From an uncultured Defluviitaleaceae bacterium (lineage in GTDB: Bacteria; Bacillota; Clostridia; Lachnospirales; CAYPQA01), in assembly GCA_964611385.1 (NCBI GenBank), contig CAZSXS010000001.1, positions 31,058 to 95,057 of the forward strand: DNA of 64,000 nucleotides, read 5' to 3'. Every line of letters starts with the position of its first letter. Position 1 is the stretch's first letter. The translations under genes and the position numbers were made by a program. The notes beneath the pieces were generated by a model, which ran no database searches, was not told the DNA's origin, and saw only the letters and a program-made list of their open reading frames with translations. Below, piece after piece: positions 52,196-60,875 of this stretch.

Positions 52196-54007
52196 ATGGA
52201 AACGGAATATGACATAAGCAAACGATACGAAAAAAACAGAGCGGCAGTAAAAGCATACCCAAACCTCTACAGCGGCAACTTACCGCCTTTTGAAGCGGTT
52301 TCCGAGCGCATTCTTTGGAAGGATGATTACTGTGTGACCTATACATCCCTTTCACAAACAGATGCGCCCTTTGAGAACAAAACGATTTTTCTGGAACGCT
52401 TTCATTTGCTCAGCCCATATGGCAAGGTTCTTCTGTTTATCAATGTAATTCACTATAGCGCCCTAGCAGATCTGGAAAAAGCATCAAGAATAGAAAACGA
52501 CTTACCCAATTGTCTACTTCCCTTTTATTTATATTTCGATGAGCCTGTTTTTCATGTTTTTTTGCAGCTTTATGATTTGGAGACGCTGCTTGATTCTTCT
52601 CGGGTTGTTTTCTTGGTAGGAAGGACTCACTTTGAGACGTTTTTCAGTGACTTTGATGCGATTGCTCCAGATTTTCTTTTGGGGGCAGACCTCGAACGGA
52701 TTAACGGTCTGCTAAAAAAAATCGATGAGCAGAAACAAAATCGATTGGCAGAAGCCCAAGCAGAGGTCATGCGCTACTATGGCCAGAATGCAGACAAGAT
52801 TCGGGAACGGGTAAAAGAAGGCCGCCCCAGACTTTTATTCATAACTACCCTGTTCAGCACAGCGATCCAGTACCACTGCCAAAATGCATATCAAGCCGCC
52901 CTTGCCCTAGGCCTGGAGGCAAGCTTTGTGATTGAAAAGTCTCCTATACACCGGAAGATGTATTATGAAATTGAATTGCAAGCCTATAAACCAGACTTGG
53001 TTTTTGTTGTTGACCATCTGCGCTTTGAATACCCCTTATTCTCCCTTCTTGAATCGCTTTATTATATCTGCTGGGTGCAGGATCCCATGCCGCATATTTT
53101 TTCCAAGGACAGCCCAGCCAAGTTAGTCCGGCGGGATTTTATTTGCAACCATTACACCAGCTGGCAGGATTTTTTTGAAATCGGCTACCCGCCGGAAAAA
53201 GTAATCAAAGCACCCATTCCCGCCAACGAAACGATTTATAGACCCCTGCTTCTTTCCGAAGGGGAGCAGCAGTATGCTTGCGAAGTCTGCCTGCTCTGCC
53301 ATGACTGCAATTTTGACCGCTATGTCCGGGAGGTATCCGAAACCTTCGCTGCCTACAAAGATGACATAAAAGACCTTTTTAACGAATATGCTACAATAGC
53401 GGTTGAGCAAGAGGAATTCAGATGGCCTGGGAAAAGAATCGCCGACTTTATTGCTGCGTTTCTGAATGAAAGAGGGATCGTATTCAGCGAAGAAGTGCTT
53501 TCCAAGCTAAATAAAGGCCTTGGGATCAGCGCAGCCCAGAAACTCTACAGACTTTGCTTGGCTCGGTGGCTGATTGAGGCTGGATTTGATGTCAAGCTTT
53601 GGGGGAAGGACTGGCTTGAACTGGAAGAATTTAAAGACTATGCCTGCGGGATTGCAGAAAACGGAGAATCCTTATCCAAAATCCTGCAAGCAGCCAAAAT
53701 TGTTCTGGGCAACAATGTACACATGACAGGAGCCGCCCGAGCCTGGGAAAGTATGCTGAGCGGGGCTTTTTACCTATCCAACCGAATTAAAACGGAACTG
53801 GACATGGCAAATCTTTGGGAAATCATAGGGGAAGCAGTGGCTTCCTTTCAAAGCAAAGAGGACTTGATCCCAAAAGTTCACTATTACCTACAAAATGAAG
53901 AAGAAAGACTGCGACTAGCCAAGATCGGGCGAGAAGCCGCCCTAAGTAAAATGACCTTTAAGTCCTTCATTGAAAGATTGATTCAAGAGCTAGCGGATAG
54001 GGTGTAG
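52196..54007 (+). CDS. CgeB-family glycosyltransferase-like protein (DUF3880 / Glyco_trans_1_2-like C-terminus)
   Basis: ATG after GAGGTGGAGC. The C-terminal block NNVHMTGAARAWESMLSGAFYLSN...FQSKEDLIPKVHYYLQNEEERLRLAKIGREAAL is typical of CgeB/YkvP-type domains. Confidence 0.55.
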   Translation: METEYDISKRYEKNRAAVKAYPNLYSGNLPPFEAVSERILWKDDYCVTYTSLSQTDAPFENKTIFLERFHLLSPYGKVLLFINVIHYSALADLEKASRIENDLPNCLLPFYLYFDEPVFHVFLQLYDLETLLDSSRVVFLVGRTHFETFFSDFDAIAPDFLLGADLERINGLLKKIDEQKQNRLAEAQAEVMRYYGQNADKIRERVKEGRPRLLFITTLFSTAIQYHCQNAYQAALALGLEASFVIEKSPIHRKMYYEIELQAYKPDLVFVVDHLRFEYPLFSLLESLYYICWVQDPMPHIFSKDSPAKLVRRDFICNHYTSWQDFFEIGYPPEKVIKAPIPANETIYRPLLLSEGEQQYACEVCLLCHDCNFDRYVREVSETFAAYKDDIKDLFNEYATIAVEQEEFRWPGKRIADFIAAFLNERGIVFSEEVLSKLNKGLGISAAQKLYRLCLARWLIEAGFDVKLWGKDWLELEEFKDYACGIAENGESLSKILQAAKIVLGNNVHMTGAARAWESMLSGAFYLSNRIKTELDMANLWEIIGEAVASFQSKEDLIPKVHYYLQNEEERLRLAKIGREAALSKMTFKSFIERLIQELADRV

Positions 54008-54057
54008 CCACCCAGCGGGGCATATTTTAGAAAGATTTTAAAAAGTGAGAGGTTTCT

Positions 54058-55116
54058 ATGTCTGATTTAAGGCTGGATTCACAAAAGCTGATTTACCATC
54101 CGGAGGCTGTGGCTGCTTGGCTTTTGGGGAAAGAGATAAGCCCCCTTGAGCTGGAAATCGGCTTAAGCGGGGCTTGTAATCATCGTTGTATTTTTTGTGC
54201 GGTGGACTATTGCGGCTACCAGCCTCGGATGCTAGACACGGGTATTTTGCTTAAAAACGTAAAGGCCCTGTCCAAGCGAGGCTTGAAAAGTATCAATTAC
54301 TCTGGTGAGGGTGAGCCTTTGATTCATAAAGAGGCACCCTATATTTTTAATGAGACCAAGGCTCTTGGGATTGAGATTGGCATGTCCACCAATGGGGTAC
54401 TCTTTGGGGAGGAACAATGTAAGGCTTGCTTGAAATCCTTCTCTTGGGTGCGGTACAGCATTGGGGGCATACGGGATAGCAGTTATAAAAAGATACACCG
54501 CTGCAAGGAAGGGGACTTAAGCAAGGCCTTGGCCAACCTACAGACTGCCGTGGATGAAAAGCACAGGCAACAATTAAAGGTGATCATCGGGGTACAGTTG
54601 ATTTTATTGGAGGAAAACAAGGCTGAGGTCATTGAGATGGCGCAGACCCTTCGAGGAATCGGAGTTGACTACTTTACGGTAAAGTCCTATTCGTGGCATC
54701 CTCAAAGTTTGAATAAGCTGGATATAAGCTATGAGGATTTGCAGGAGATGGAGCAGGAACTCAAAAGCTTGGAGACGGATCGATACAAAATTTATTTTAG
54801 AACCAACTCCATGAAAAAAATAAACGGCATAAAGCCATATGATTGCTGTTATGGCCTGCCCTTTATGGTTTACATAGATGCCGCTGGGAATTTGTATCCC
54901 TGCATTGTATTTCTGGGCAGAAAAGAGTTTGCCTACGGGAATCTTTATGAAAAGGATTTTACCGAAATTTGGAGCAGTGAGCGAAAGAGAGAAGTAATGG
55001 CTCTGTTTCAAAAAGACTTCCTGAATCAAAATTGCCGAGATGCCTGCCGCCTGGATGAAATCAACCGTTATTTGCACCGGCTTCGGCAACCGGAGGAGAA
55101 TGATAACTTTATTTAA
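54058..55116 (+). CDS. radical SAM enzyme (paralog 1)
   Basis: CxxxCxxC cluster motif ACNHRCIFC, GGEP-type motif SGEGEP, C-terminal Cys-rich region. Ends in ...NDNFI, like paralog 2. Confidence 0.85.
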   Translation: MSDLRLDSQKLIYHPEAVAAWLLGKEISPLELEIGLSGACNHRCIFCAVDYCGYQPRMLDTGILLKNVKALSKRGLKSINYSGEGEPLIHKEAPYIFNETKALGIEIGMSTNGVLFGEEQCKACLKSFSWVRYSIGGIRDSSYKKIHRCKEGDLSKALANLQTAVDEKHRQQLKVIIGVQLILLEENKAEVIEMAQTLRGIGVDYFTVKSYSWHPQSLNKLDISYEDLQEMEQELKSLETDRYKIYFRTNSMKKINGIKPYDCCYGLPFMVYIDAAGNLYPCIVFLGRKEFAYGNLYEKDFTEIWSSERKREVMALFQKDFLNQNCRDACRLDEINRYLHRLRQPEENDNFI

Positions 55117-55126
55117 AGGGGTTGCT

Positions 55127-55993
55127 ATGGCGTATTGTAATCAAGTTTCAACGCCCACTAAGGAAGAACCGCTCTACTACACCGAATGCTGCAAGGCCAT
55201 CCGAAGGAAGATTTTTAAGCTGGGCTATGCAGCAAAGGGGGCGCACCTGGGAGGCTGCTTTTCGGCGGTGGAGATTTTGACTGCGCTGTATCTGGGCGGC
55301 GTATTGAAGCTGACGCCGGAGAACCTGAGCAGCCCCGCGCGGAATCGCTTTGTCCTCAGTAAGGGTCATGCGGGGCTTGCTCTTTATGCTGTCTTGCATG
55401 AATGCGGACTGATCGGCGAGATCATACAGTCCTATTGTCAAGAAAGCGGCTGCCTTGGGGTTCACCCCAAGCGAAACGAGTTGCCCGGCATTGAGGCCAC
55501 AACAGGCTCTTTGGGACATGGGCTTTCTTATGCGCTGGGCCTGGCCCTGGGGGCTAGACTTGCCGGGCTTTCCTTCCAGGTATACTGCCTGTTGGGGGAC
55601 GGGGAATGCCAAGAGGGGAGCGTGTGGGAGGCAGCCTTGTTTGCAGGGCAGCAGCGCATTGGGAATCTGACGGCTATCATTGATTCCAACCGACTGCAAG
55701 CCATGGATCGCCTGGAAGCCATAGTGGACATGGAACCTTTCGAAAGCAAGTGGAAGTCCTTTGGCTGGGACTGTCGCCGCGTGGATGGGCACAATGTGCC
55801 GGAGTTGGTGGAGGCGCTTACAGACAAAAACCCAGCAAAGCCCACCGTGCTGATTGCCGATACCGTGAAGGGAAAAGGCGTTTCCTTTATGGAAGGCAAG
55901 GCCCTGTGGCATTACCGTATGCCGGACGAAAGCGAGCTGGACCTTGTATGCCTGGAGCTTGGGCTGTCCAAAAAGGAGCTTGTGTATCCATGA
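55127..55993 (+). CDS. transketolase, N-terminal (TPP-binding) subunit
   Basis: Blocks GGCFSAVEIL, SKGHAG and the TPP motif GDGECQEGSVWEA. ATG at 55127 after AAAGGGG. Confidence 0.85.
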   Translation: MAYCNQVSTPTKEEPLYYTECCKAIRRKIFKLGYAAKGAHLGGCFSAVEILTALYLGGVLKLTPENLSSPARNRFVLSKGHAGLALYAVLHECGLIGEIIQSYCQESGCLGVHPKRNELPGIEATTGSLGHGLSYALGLALGARLAGLSFQVYCLLGDGECQEGSVWEAALFAGQQRIGNLTAIIDSNRLQAMDRLEAIVDMEPFESKWKSFGWDCRRVDGHNVPELVEALTDKNPAKPTVLIADTVKGKGVSFMEGKALWHYRMPDESELDLVCLELGLSKKELVYP

Positions 55994-56919
55994 GAAATGC
56001 CTTTATTCAAGCACTCTACGAACTGGCTGCCCTGGATCCCAGGATTTGCGCACTGATTTCCGACAATGGGGCCATTGTGTTTGACCGCTTCAAGGCGGAC
56101 TTTGGAGATCGGCTGATCAATTTCGGGATCTCTGAGTGCAATATGATCGCTGCCGCTGCGGGGATGGCCTCCTTGGGACTTATTCCCTTTGCCTATACCA
56201 TTTCGAACTTTCTAAGCATGAGGGCCTTTGAATTTATCCGCAACGATATTTGTATCAACAAAGCCAATGTAAAGCTGGTGGGGATCGGAGCCGGGTTTTC
56301 CTACAGTGCGCTGGGCACCACCCATCACGGCACGGAGGATATGGCCATCCTGCGCCCTTTGCCTTCTCTGTACATTGTTTCTCCAGCCTCAGCTGCTGAG
56401 ACAAAGGCAGCGGTTCAGGCTATGGCTTCCATTGAGGCCCCTGTTTATTTACGGCTGGGAGGGGGCGGGTTAATGGATGCCGACAGTACAATCCTTTCGG
56501 ATCGCTTTGCGCTTGGAAAGGGTGTCCGAATCAAAAACGGGAAGGACTTAAGCCTTCTTTCTACAGGCTCTATCCTTACAGAAGTCATACAGGCTGCTAA
56601 GGACTTGGAGGCCTTGGGGATTGAAGCCGGAGTCGTACATATACACACCGTCAAGCCCATTGACGAAGAACTCATTCTTTCCGTGGCCACGGAATCAGCC
56701 GCTCTTGTCACCATAGAGGAACATTCCGTTACCGGGGGACTTGGGGATGCGGTCTTGGAGCTCTGCGCAAGGAAGGGCTGCTTACCCAAGCGCTTTCTCA
56801 AAATCGGCCTGGAAGGTTTTGCTGTGGGCTACGGATCCTATGCTTATCTGAAAAAAGCAAACGGACTGGATGCAGAGGGAATCGTAAAGCGAATTTTACG
56901 TGTAGGGGGGGCTTTATGA
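55991..56919 (+). CDS. transketolase, C-terminal (pyrimidine-binding) subunit
   Basis: MRNAFIQAL..., FGISECNM and GTTHHGTEDMA blocks. Its start overlaps the N-subunit stop (ATGA). Confidence 0.85.
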
Positions 56920-57626
56920 GCGAGAAAATCGAAAAGACCGAAAAAACACTTTGGGATTTTTACGGAGCGATCCAAAAAGAAAAGCCGATTGAACTGGGGC
57001 CGTACACCTCGTATCGCTTCCTTAACTCCCCCAGGCAGCTGCTCTTTTCCATTGCCAGATATAAATTTGCCGCCAAGCTCTTTGGGAGTAAGCAAAGAAT
57101 CCTAGAGCTTGGCGGGGGGGACGGCCTGGGGGCTTACTACCTGTCTGAGTTTGAGCATGAGGTAAGCTGTGTTGACTTTGACGGGACTTCCATCGGCTGG
57201 GCAAAGGAGAATCCTGTCCTTTCCCACATTCACTTTATTGAGGATAATTTTTTGGGTCAAAGCTATGGTGTGTTTGACGGCGTGGTTTCCTTTGATGTGC
57301 TGGAACATATTTATCCGCGTAACGAAGGTCTCTTCATGCACACGATCAAGAAAAACCTCTCGGAACACGGGGTCTTGATCCTGGGGACACCTTCCCTGGA
57401 AAGCCAGCAGTATGCCGGTAAGGACATCGGAGGCGCTCATGTCAATCTCTATACCGGCGAAGGCCTAAGGGAATTGCTCTCCGAGCATTTTCACCATGTT
57501 TTCTTGTTTACACAAAACGACGAAATCATCCATACAGGCTTTTTCCCCATGGCCAATTATCTCATTGCCCTTTGCTGCGGGAAAAAGGAATCTACGGACG
57601 GAGGTATTCATGAGCCAAGCCCATAA
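56916..57626 (+). CDS. class I SAM-dependent methyltransferase
   Basis: Motif I ILELGGGDGLG and post-I VDFD. ATGA overlap with the transketolase C subunit. Confidence 0.8.
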   Translation: MSEKIEKTEKTLWDFYGAIQKEKPIELGPYTSYRFLNSPRQLLFSIARYKFAAKLFGSKQRILELGGGDGLGAYYLSEFEHEVSCVDFDGTSIGWAKENPVLSHIHFIEDNFLGQSYGVFDGVVSFDVLEHIYPRNEGLFMHTIKKNLSEHGVLILGTPSLESQQYAGKDIGGAHVNLYTGEGLRELLSEHFHHVFLFTQNDEIIHTGFFPMANYLIALCCGKKESTDGGIHEPSP

Positions 57627-58698
57627 GCCGGAAGCCACACCTTACAGCCGATTAAAAATATTTCACCACGAGGAACTAATCAAAAAGCTGGGAACAGGAC
57701 AACGCTGTGCGCCTCTTCGTATCCGCATAAAGCCTACCAATCGCTGCAACCATAACTGTACCTTTTGCCACTACCTGAATCCCTACTTAACCTTGGATCA
57801 CTTCAAGCCCGATGACTTTATTGACCGCGAAAGAATGCTGTCCACGCTGCGGTCGATCCAAAAAGCCGGAACCAAGGCCATTGTCTTTTCCGGCGGCGGC
57901 GAACCGCTTCTTTATCCCTATATGGAAGACAGTGTGGAACTCGCCAAGAGCTTGGGTCTTGAATATGCCTTAATCACCAACGGAACCCTGCTGAAAGGGC
58001 GGCTGGCGGAACTGTTTGCGGAAGCCAAATGGGTAAGGATCTCCATCAATTCTGTCCGAGACGAGGTATACTGCAAAAGCCGGGACATCAAAGCGGGTGA
58101 ATTTACCAAGCTGTGCAGTGTGATTGAGTCCTTCGGCAAACAGAAAAAATCAGGCTGCGAACTGGGTATCAACTTTGTAATTGGGCCGGAAAACTACGCT
58201 GAGATCATTGAAGCCGGACTATTACTAAAATCCCTGGGCGTCAATCACATCAAATTCTCCGCCCAATTCAGCAACACCTTTCAGGAAGACCACGCTCCCT
58301 TTAAGGACGAAGCCCTACAACAGCTGGCAGAACTAAAGCAAGAGCAAACAGAAGCCTTCAAAATCATCAACTTATATGAAGGTGACCTGCAAGCCCACGG
58401 CACCTGCGCAACCTTCCGGCGCTCCTACTCACACTGTTACGCCAAGGAATTTTCCTGCGTGATCGGTGCAGACTCCAGGGTGTACTTCTGCCACGATAAG
58501 GCCTACCTCAAAGACGGCGTAGCCTTCGACCTGAAAGACGGTTCCTTTCACGAGCTTTGGGCAGCCCCCGAAATCCTCCAAAAGTACCAAGCCTTCCAAG
58601 CCGATCAGGTCTGCCCCCACCACTGTACATACGATGAATTAAATGCACTCCTTCATGCCTTTTTCGGGATAAAAAAAGAACATATCAATTTTATATAG
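57610..58698 (+). CDS. radical SAM enzyme (paralog 2)
   Basis: CNHNCTFCHY cluster motif and SGGGEP. N-terminal KIFHHEEL parallels KLIYHPEA of paralog 1. Ends ...HINFI. ATG at 57610 after GGAGG. Confidence 0.85.
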   Translation: MSQAHKPEATPYSRLKIFHHEELIKKLGTGQRCAPLRIRIKPTNRCNHNCTFCHYLNPYLTLDHFKPDDFIDRERMLSTLRSIQKAGTKAIVFSGGGEPLLYPYMEDSVELAKSLGLEYALITNGTLLKGRLAELFAEAKWVRISINSVRDEVYCKSRDIKAGEFTKLCSVIESFGKQKKSGCELGINFVIGPENYAEIIEAGLLLKSLGVNHIKFSAQFSNTFQEDHAPFKDEALQQLAELKQEQTEAFKIINLYEGDLQAHGTCATFRRSYSHCYAKEFSCVIGADSRVYFCHDKAYLKDGVAFDLKDGSFHELWAAPEILQKYQAFQADQVCPHHCTYDELNALLHAFFGIKKEHINFI

Positions 58699-58700
58699 AA

Positions 58701-58808
58701 GTTATACTCAGCTTCTTTAACAATTACCAAGCCCGCCATCATTCACCCCAAATGGATTCCACTGTTCTGCGTGGCGGCTTTGTAAAACTGAACGTGATAA
58801 CTATAACT
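58701..58808 (+). repeat. R1 repeat, compact full copy
   Basis: Left arm GTTATACTCAGCTTCTTTAACAATTACCAAGCCCGCCA, 33-nt interior, right arm TGGCGGCTTTGTAAAACTGAACGTGATAACTATAAC. Starts 3 nt after the radical-SAM stop. Confidence 0.85.
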
Positions 58809-58809
58809 C

Positions 58810-58914
58810 CCCACGCCCGGCTTTTTTGAAAGGGATAGGAGGGGTTTGGGGGAGGGAAGGGAAAACTTTTTTCGCCGTTTGAAAAAAGTTTCCCCTTCCC
58901 TCCCCCAAGGTCTT
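58810..58914 (+). repeat. R2 repeat copy 3 (stem 58848-58872 / 58882-58906)
   Basis: Same architecture, with stem GGGGGAGGGAAGGGAAAACTTTTTT and one A-C mismatch. Directly abuts R1 copy 58701-58808. Confidence 0.9.
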
Positions 58915-58934
58915 GTCCTTATAAAGGAGGTTTT

Positions 58935-59597
58935 ATGCCGCAAATAACCCTTGTCTCACAACTTCATTGCCTAACAGGGCGAAATTATACTGAAAGAGTC
59001 GTAAAGTATGATAAGCCCGCCTGTGCGGAGGTGGCTAAACAGTTCGGGAAAGACTATTGGGATGGCGAAAGAAAGTTTGGCTATGGTGGCTATCGCTATG
59101 ACGGAAGATGGAGTCCAATAGCGGCTGCCCTGAGCGAACGGTATCAGCTCTGCGGCCAAAAGAAAGTCCTGGACGTGGGCTGTGGTAAGGGCTTTTTGCT
59201 CTATGAATTGACCCAACATAATCCTCAGCTTTCCGTGACTGGCCTTGACCCTTCTGTCTATGCCCTTGAACATGCCAAGGAGGAAGTTAAACCCTTCCTG
59301 CAAGTCGGTCGAGCCGAAGCCCTGCCCTTCCCTGATCATTCCTTTGACTTGGTCATTTCTGTAATGACCTTGCATAACCTCTACCTGTATGACCTCAAAA
59401 AAGCAGTCGAAGAAATCATTCGAGTCTCAAAGAAAGACGCCTACATCTGCGTTGAATCCTACCGTAACGAGCGGGAAAAAAATAACCTACTGTGCTGGCA
59501 GCTTACTTGTGAGGCTTTTTTTACTCCAGAGGAATGGGAGTGGCTCTTTGCCCAGTGGGGCTATGCGGGTGATTATGAGTTCCTTTATTTTGAATAA
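58935..59597 (+). CDS. class I SAM-dependent methyltransferase
   Basis: Motif I VLDVGCGKGFL. AAGGAGG RBS. Preceded by the R1+R2 composite repeat. Confidence 0.8.
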   Translation: MPQITLVSQLHCLTGRNYTERVVKYDKPACAEVAKQFGKDYWDGERKFGYGGYRYDGRWSPIAAALSERYQLCGQKKVLDVGCGKGFLLYELTQHNPQLSVTGLDPSVYALEHAKEEVKPFLQVGRAEALPFPDHSFDLVISVMTLHNLYLYDLKKAVEEIIRVSKKDAYICVESYRNEREKNNLLCWQLTCEAFFTPEEWEWLFAQWGYAGDYEFLYFE

Positions 59598-59609
59598 GCG
59601 GAGGTTTGT

Positions 59610-60590
59610 ATGCTGTCTCTTGTAACTGGGGGCGCTGGCTTTATCGGCTCTCACCTTGTGGATTTGTTGTTGGAAAAAGGCCACCATATCCGAGTGCTGG
59701 ATAACTTGTGCTGCGGTAGACCCTCAAATATTCCCCAACATCCATACATAGAATTGATTCAACAGGACATTCGTGATCAAAAGGCCATCGAAGCCTGCTT
59801 CAATGGCGTGGACTATGTCTTCCACCTGGCAGCCCTGGCAGATATCGTGCCCTCTATAGAAAAGGCTCAGGCCTATTACGAAACCAATGTAACGGGTACC
59901 TTTAATATCCTGGAATGTGCTCGTAAATACGAGATCAAAAAGCTGGTCTATGCCGCCTCTTCTTCCTGCTATGGTATTCCCAAGGAATACCCCACTCAGG
60001 AAAGCGCGGAAATAAAACCCCAATACCCCTATGCCCTGACCAAGCGCCTGGGCGAGGAGCTAGTACTTCATTGGGGAAAGGTCTATGGCCTGCCCGTACT
60101 CAGCCTTCGCCTCTTTAACGTGTATGGCCCTCGTGCAAAAACCTCTGGTACATACGGGGCAGTCTTTGGCGTATTTCTGGCACAAAAATTAAAAGGCCTG
60201 CCCTTTACCGTTGTGGGGGACGGTGAGCAGACCCGAGACTTTACTTATGTTACTGATGTAGCAAACGCTTTTTATAAGGCGGCTATATCAGATGTAGAAG
60301 GAGAGATTTTTAACGTGGGCAGCGGAGGTACTTATTCCGTCAATGAGCTAGTGAGGCTCTTGGGCGGCGAGGCCGTGCAGATCCCCAAGCGCCCCGGAGA
60401 GCCGGACTGTACCTTTGCCGATATCCAAAAGATTAGACGCATGTTGCACTGGGAGCCCTTGGTTCGCTTTGAGGAGGGCGTAGGCCATGTGCTAAAAAAT
60501 ATTGACTACTGGAAGGAAGCACCTGTCTGGACTCCTGAGTTAATCGAAGGAGCCACTAAGGACTGGTTTCGTCATCTGAGATTCGAATAA
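59610..60590 (+). CDS. NAD-dependent sugar-nucleotide epimerase/dehydratase (extended SDR)
   Basis: Rossmann motif VTGGAGFIGSHL and catalytic YxxxK (YALTK). Confidence 0.85.
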   Translation: MLSLVTGGAGFIGSHLVDLLLEKGHHIRVLDNLCCGRPSNIPQHPYIELIQQDIRDQKAIEACFNGVDYVFHLAALADIVPSIEKAQAYYETNVTGTFNILECARKYEIKKLVYAASSSCYGIPKEYPTQESAEIKPQYPYALTKRLGEELVLHWGKVYGLPVLSLRLFNVYGPRAKTSGTYGAVFGVFLAQKLKGLPFTVVGDGEQTRDFTYVTDVANAFYKAAISDVEGEIFNVGSGGTYSVNELVRLLGGEAVQIPKRPGEPDCTFADIQKIRRMLHWEPLVRFEEGVGHVLKNIDYWKEAPVWTPELIEGATKDWFRHLRFE

Positions 60591-60608
60591 TTCTGAGATT
60601 CGAGTAAT
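60575..60608 (+). repeat. tandem 17-nt duplication spanning the epimerase stop codon
   Basis: TCTGAGATTCGAATAAT / TCTGAGATTCGAGTAAT (one mismatch), immediately before the R1 left arm. Confidence 0.85.
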
Positions 60609-60854
60609 ATTCTCAGTCTCCTAAGCTGTTGCCAAGCCACCATAATCATAAAGCACACTCTACTCGGGCAAAATGCAAGTAAAGCGATCCGATGAAAGCC
60701 CCGAAAGGGATACCGCCCCAAACGTCTTACGCCCAGTACAAGTGTAGGGCGGTGTCCCTTTCGGGGCTTGGACGTGAATAACGATGTTGCTTGATACGTG
60801 TGTATCGCTTGTCATAGTACGTGGCAGCCTTGCAAAGCTGACAGTGACTGAGCA
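60606..60854 (+). repeat. R1 repeat, expanded copy enclosing a 22-bp GC-rich hairpin
   Basis: Left arm AATATTCTCAGTCTCCTAAGCTGTTGCCAAGCCACCA, right arm GTGGCAGCCTTGCAAAGCTGACAGTGACTGAGCA. Interior hairpin 60697-60718 / 60747-60768. Confidence 0.8.
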
Positions 60855-60875
60855 TGAAAGGTAAAAAGGAGATCT

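Noticed and set aside
2627-60854. Could the R1/R2 repeats be a CRISPR array or an integron attC (CALIN) series?
   Set aside because: - Against CRISPR: the copies are kilobases apart with irregular spacing, they are separated by ordinary core genes on both strands, and no cas or intI gene is present.
- Against attC: the arms only loosely resemble the attC R''/R' cores (GTTATAC.../...TATAAC), and the intervening genes are not cassette-like.
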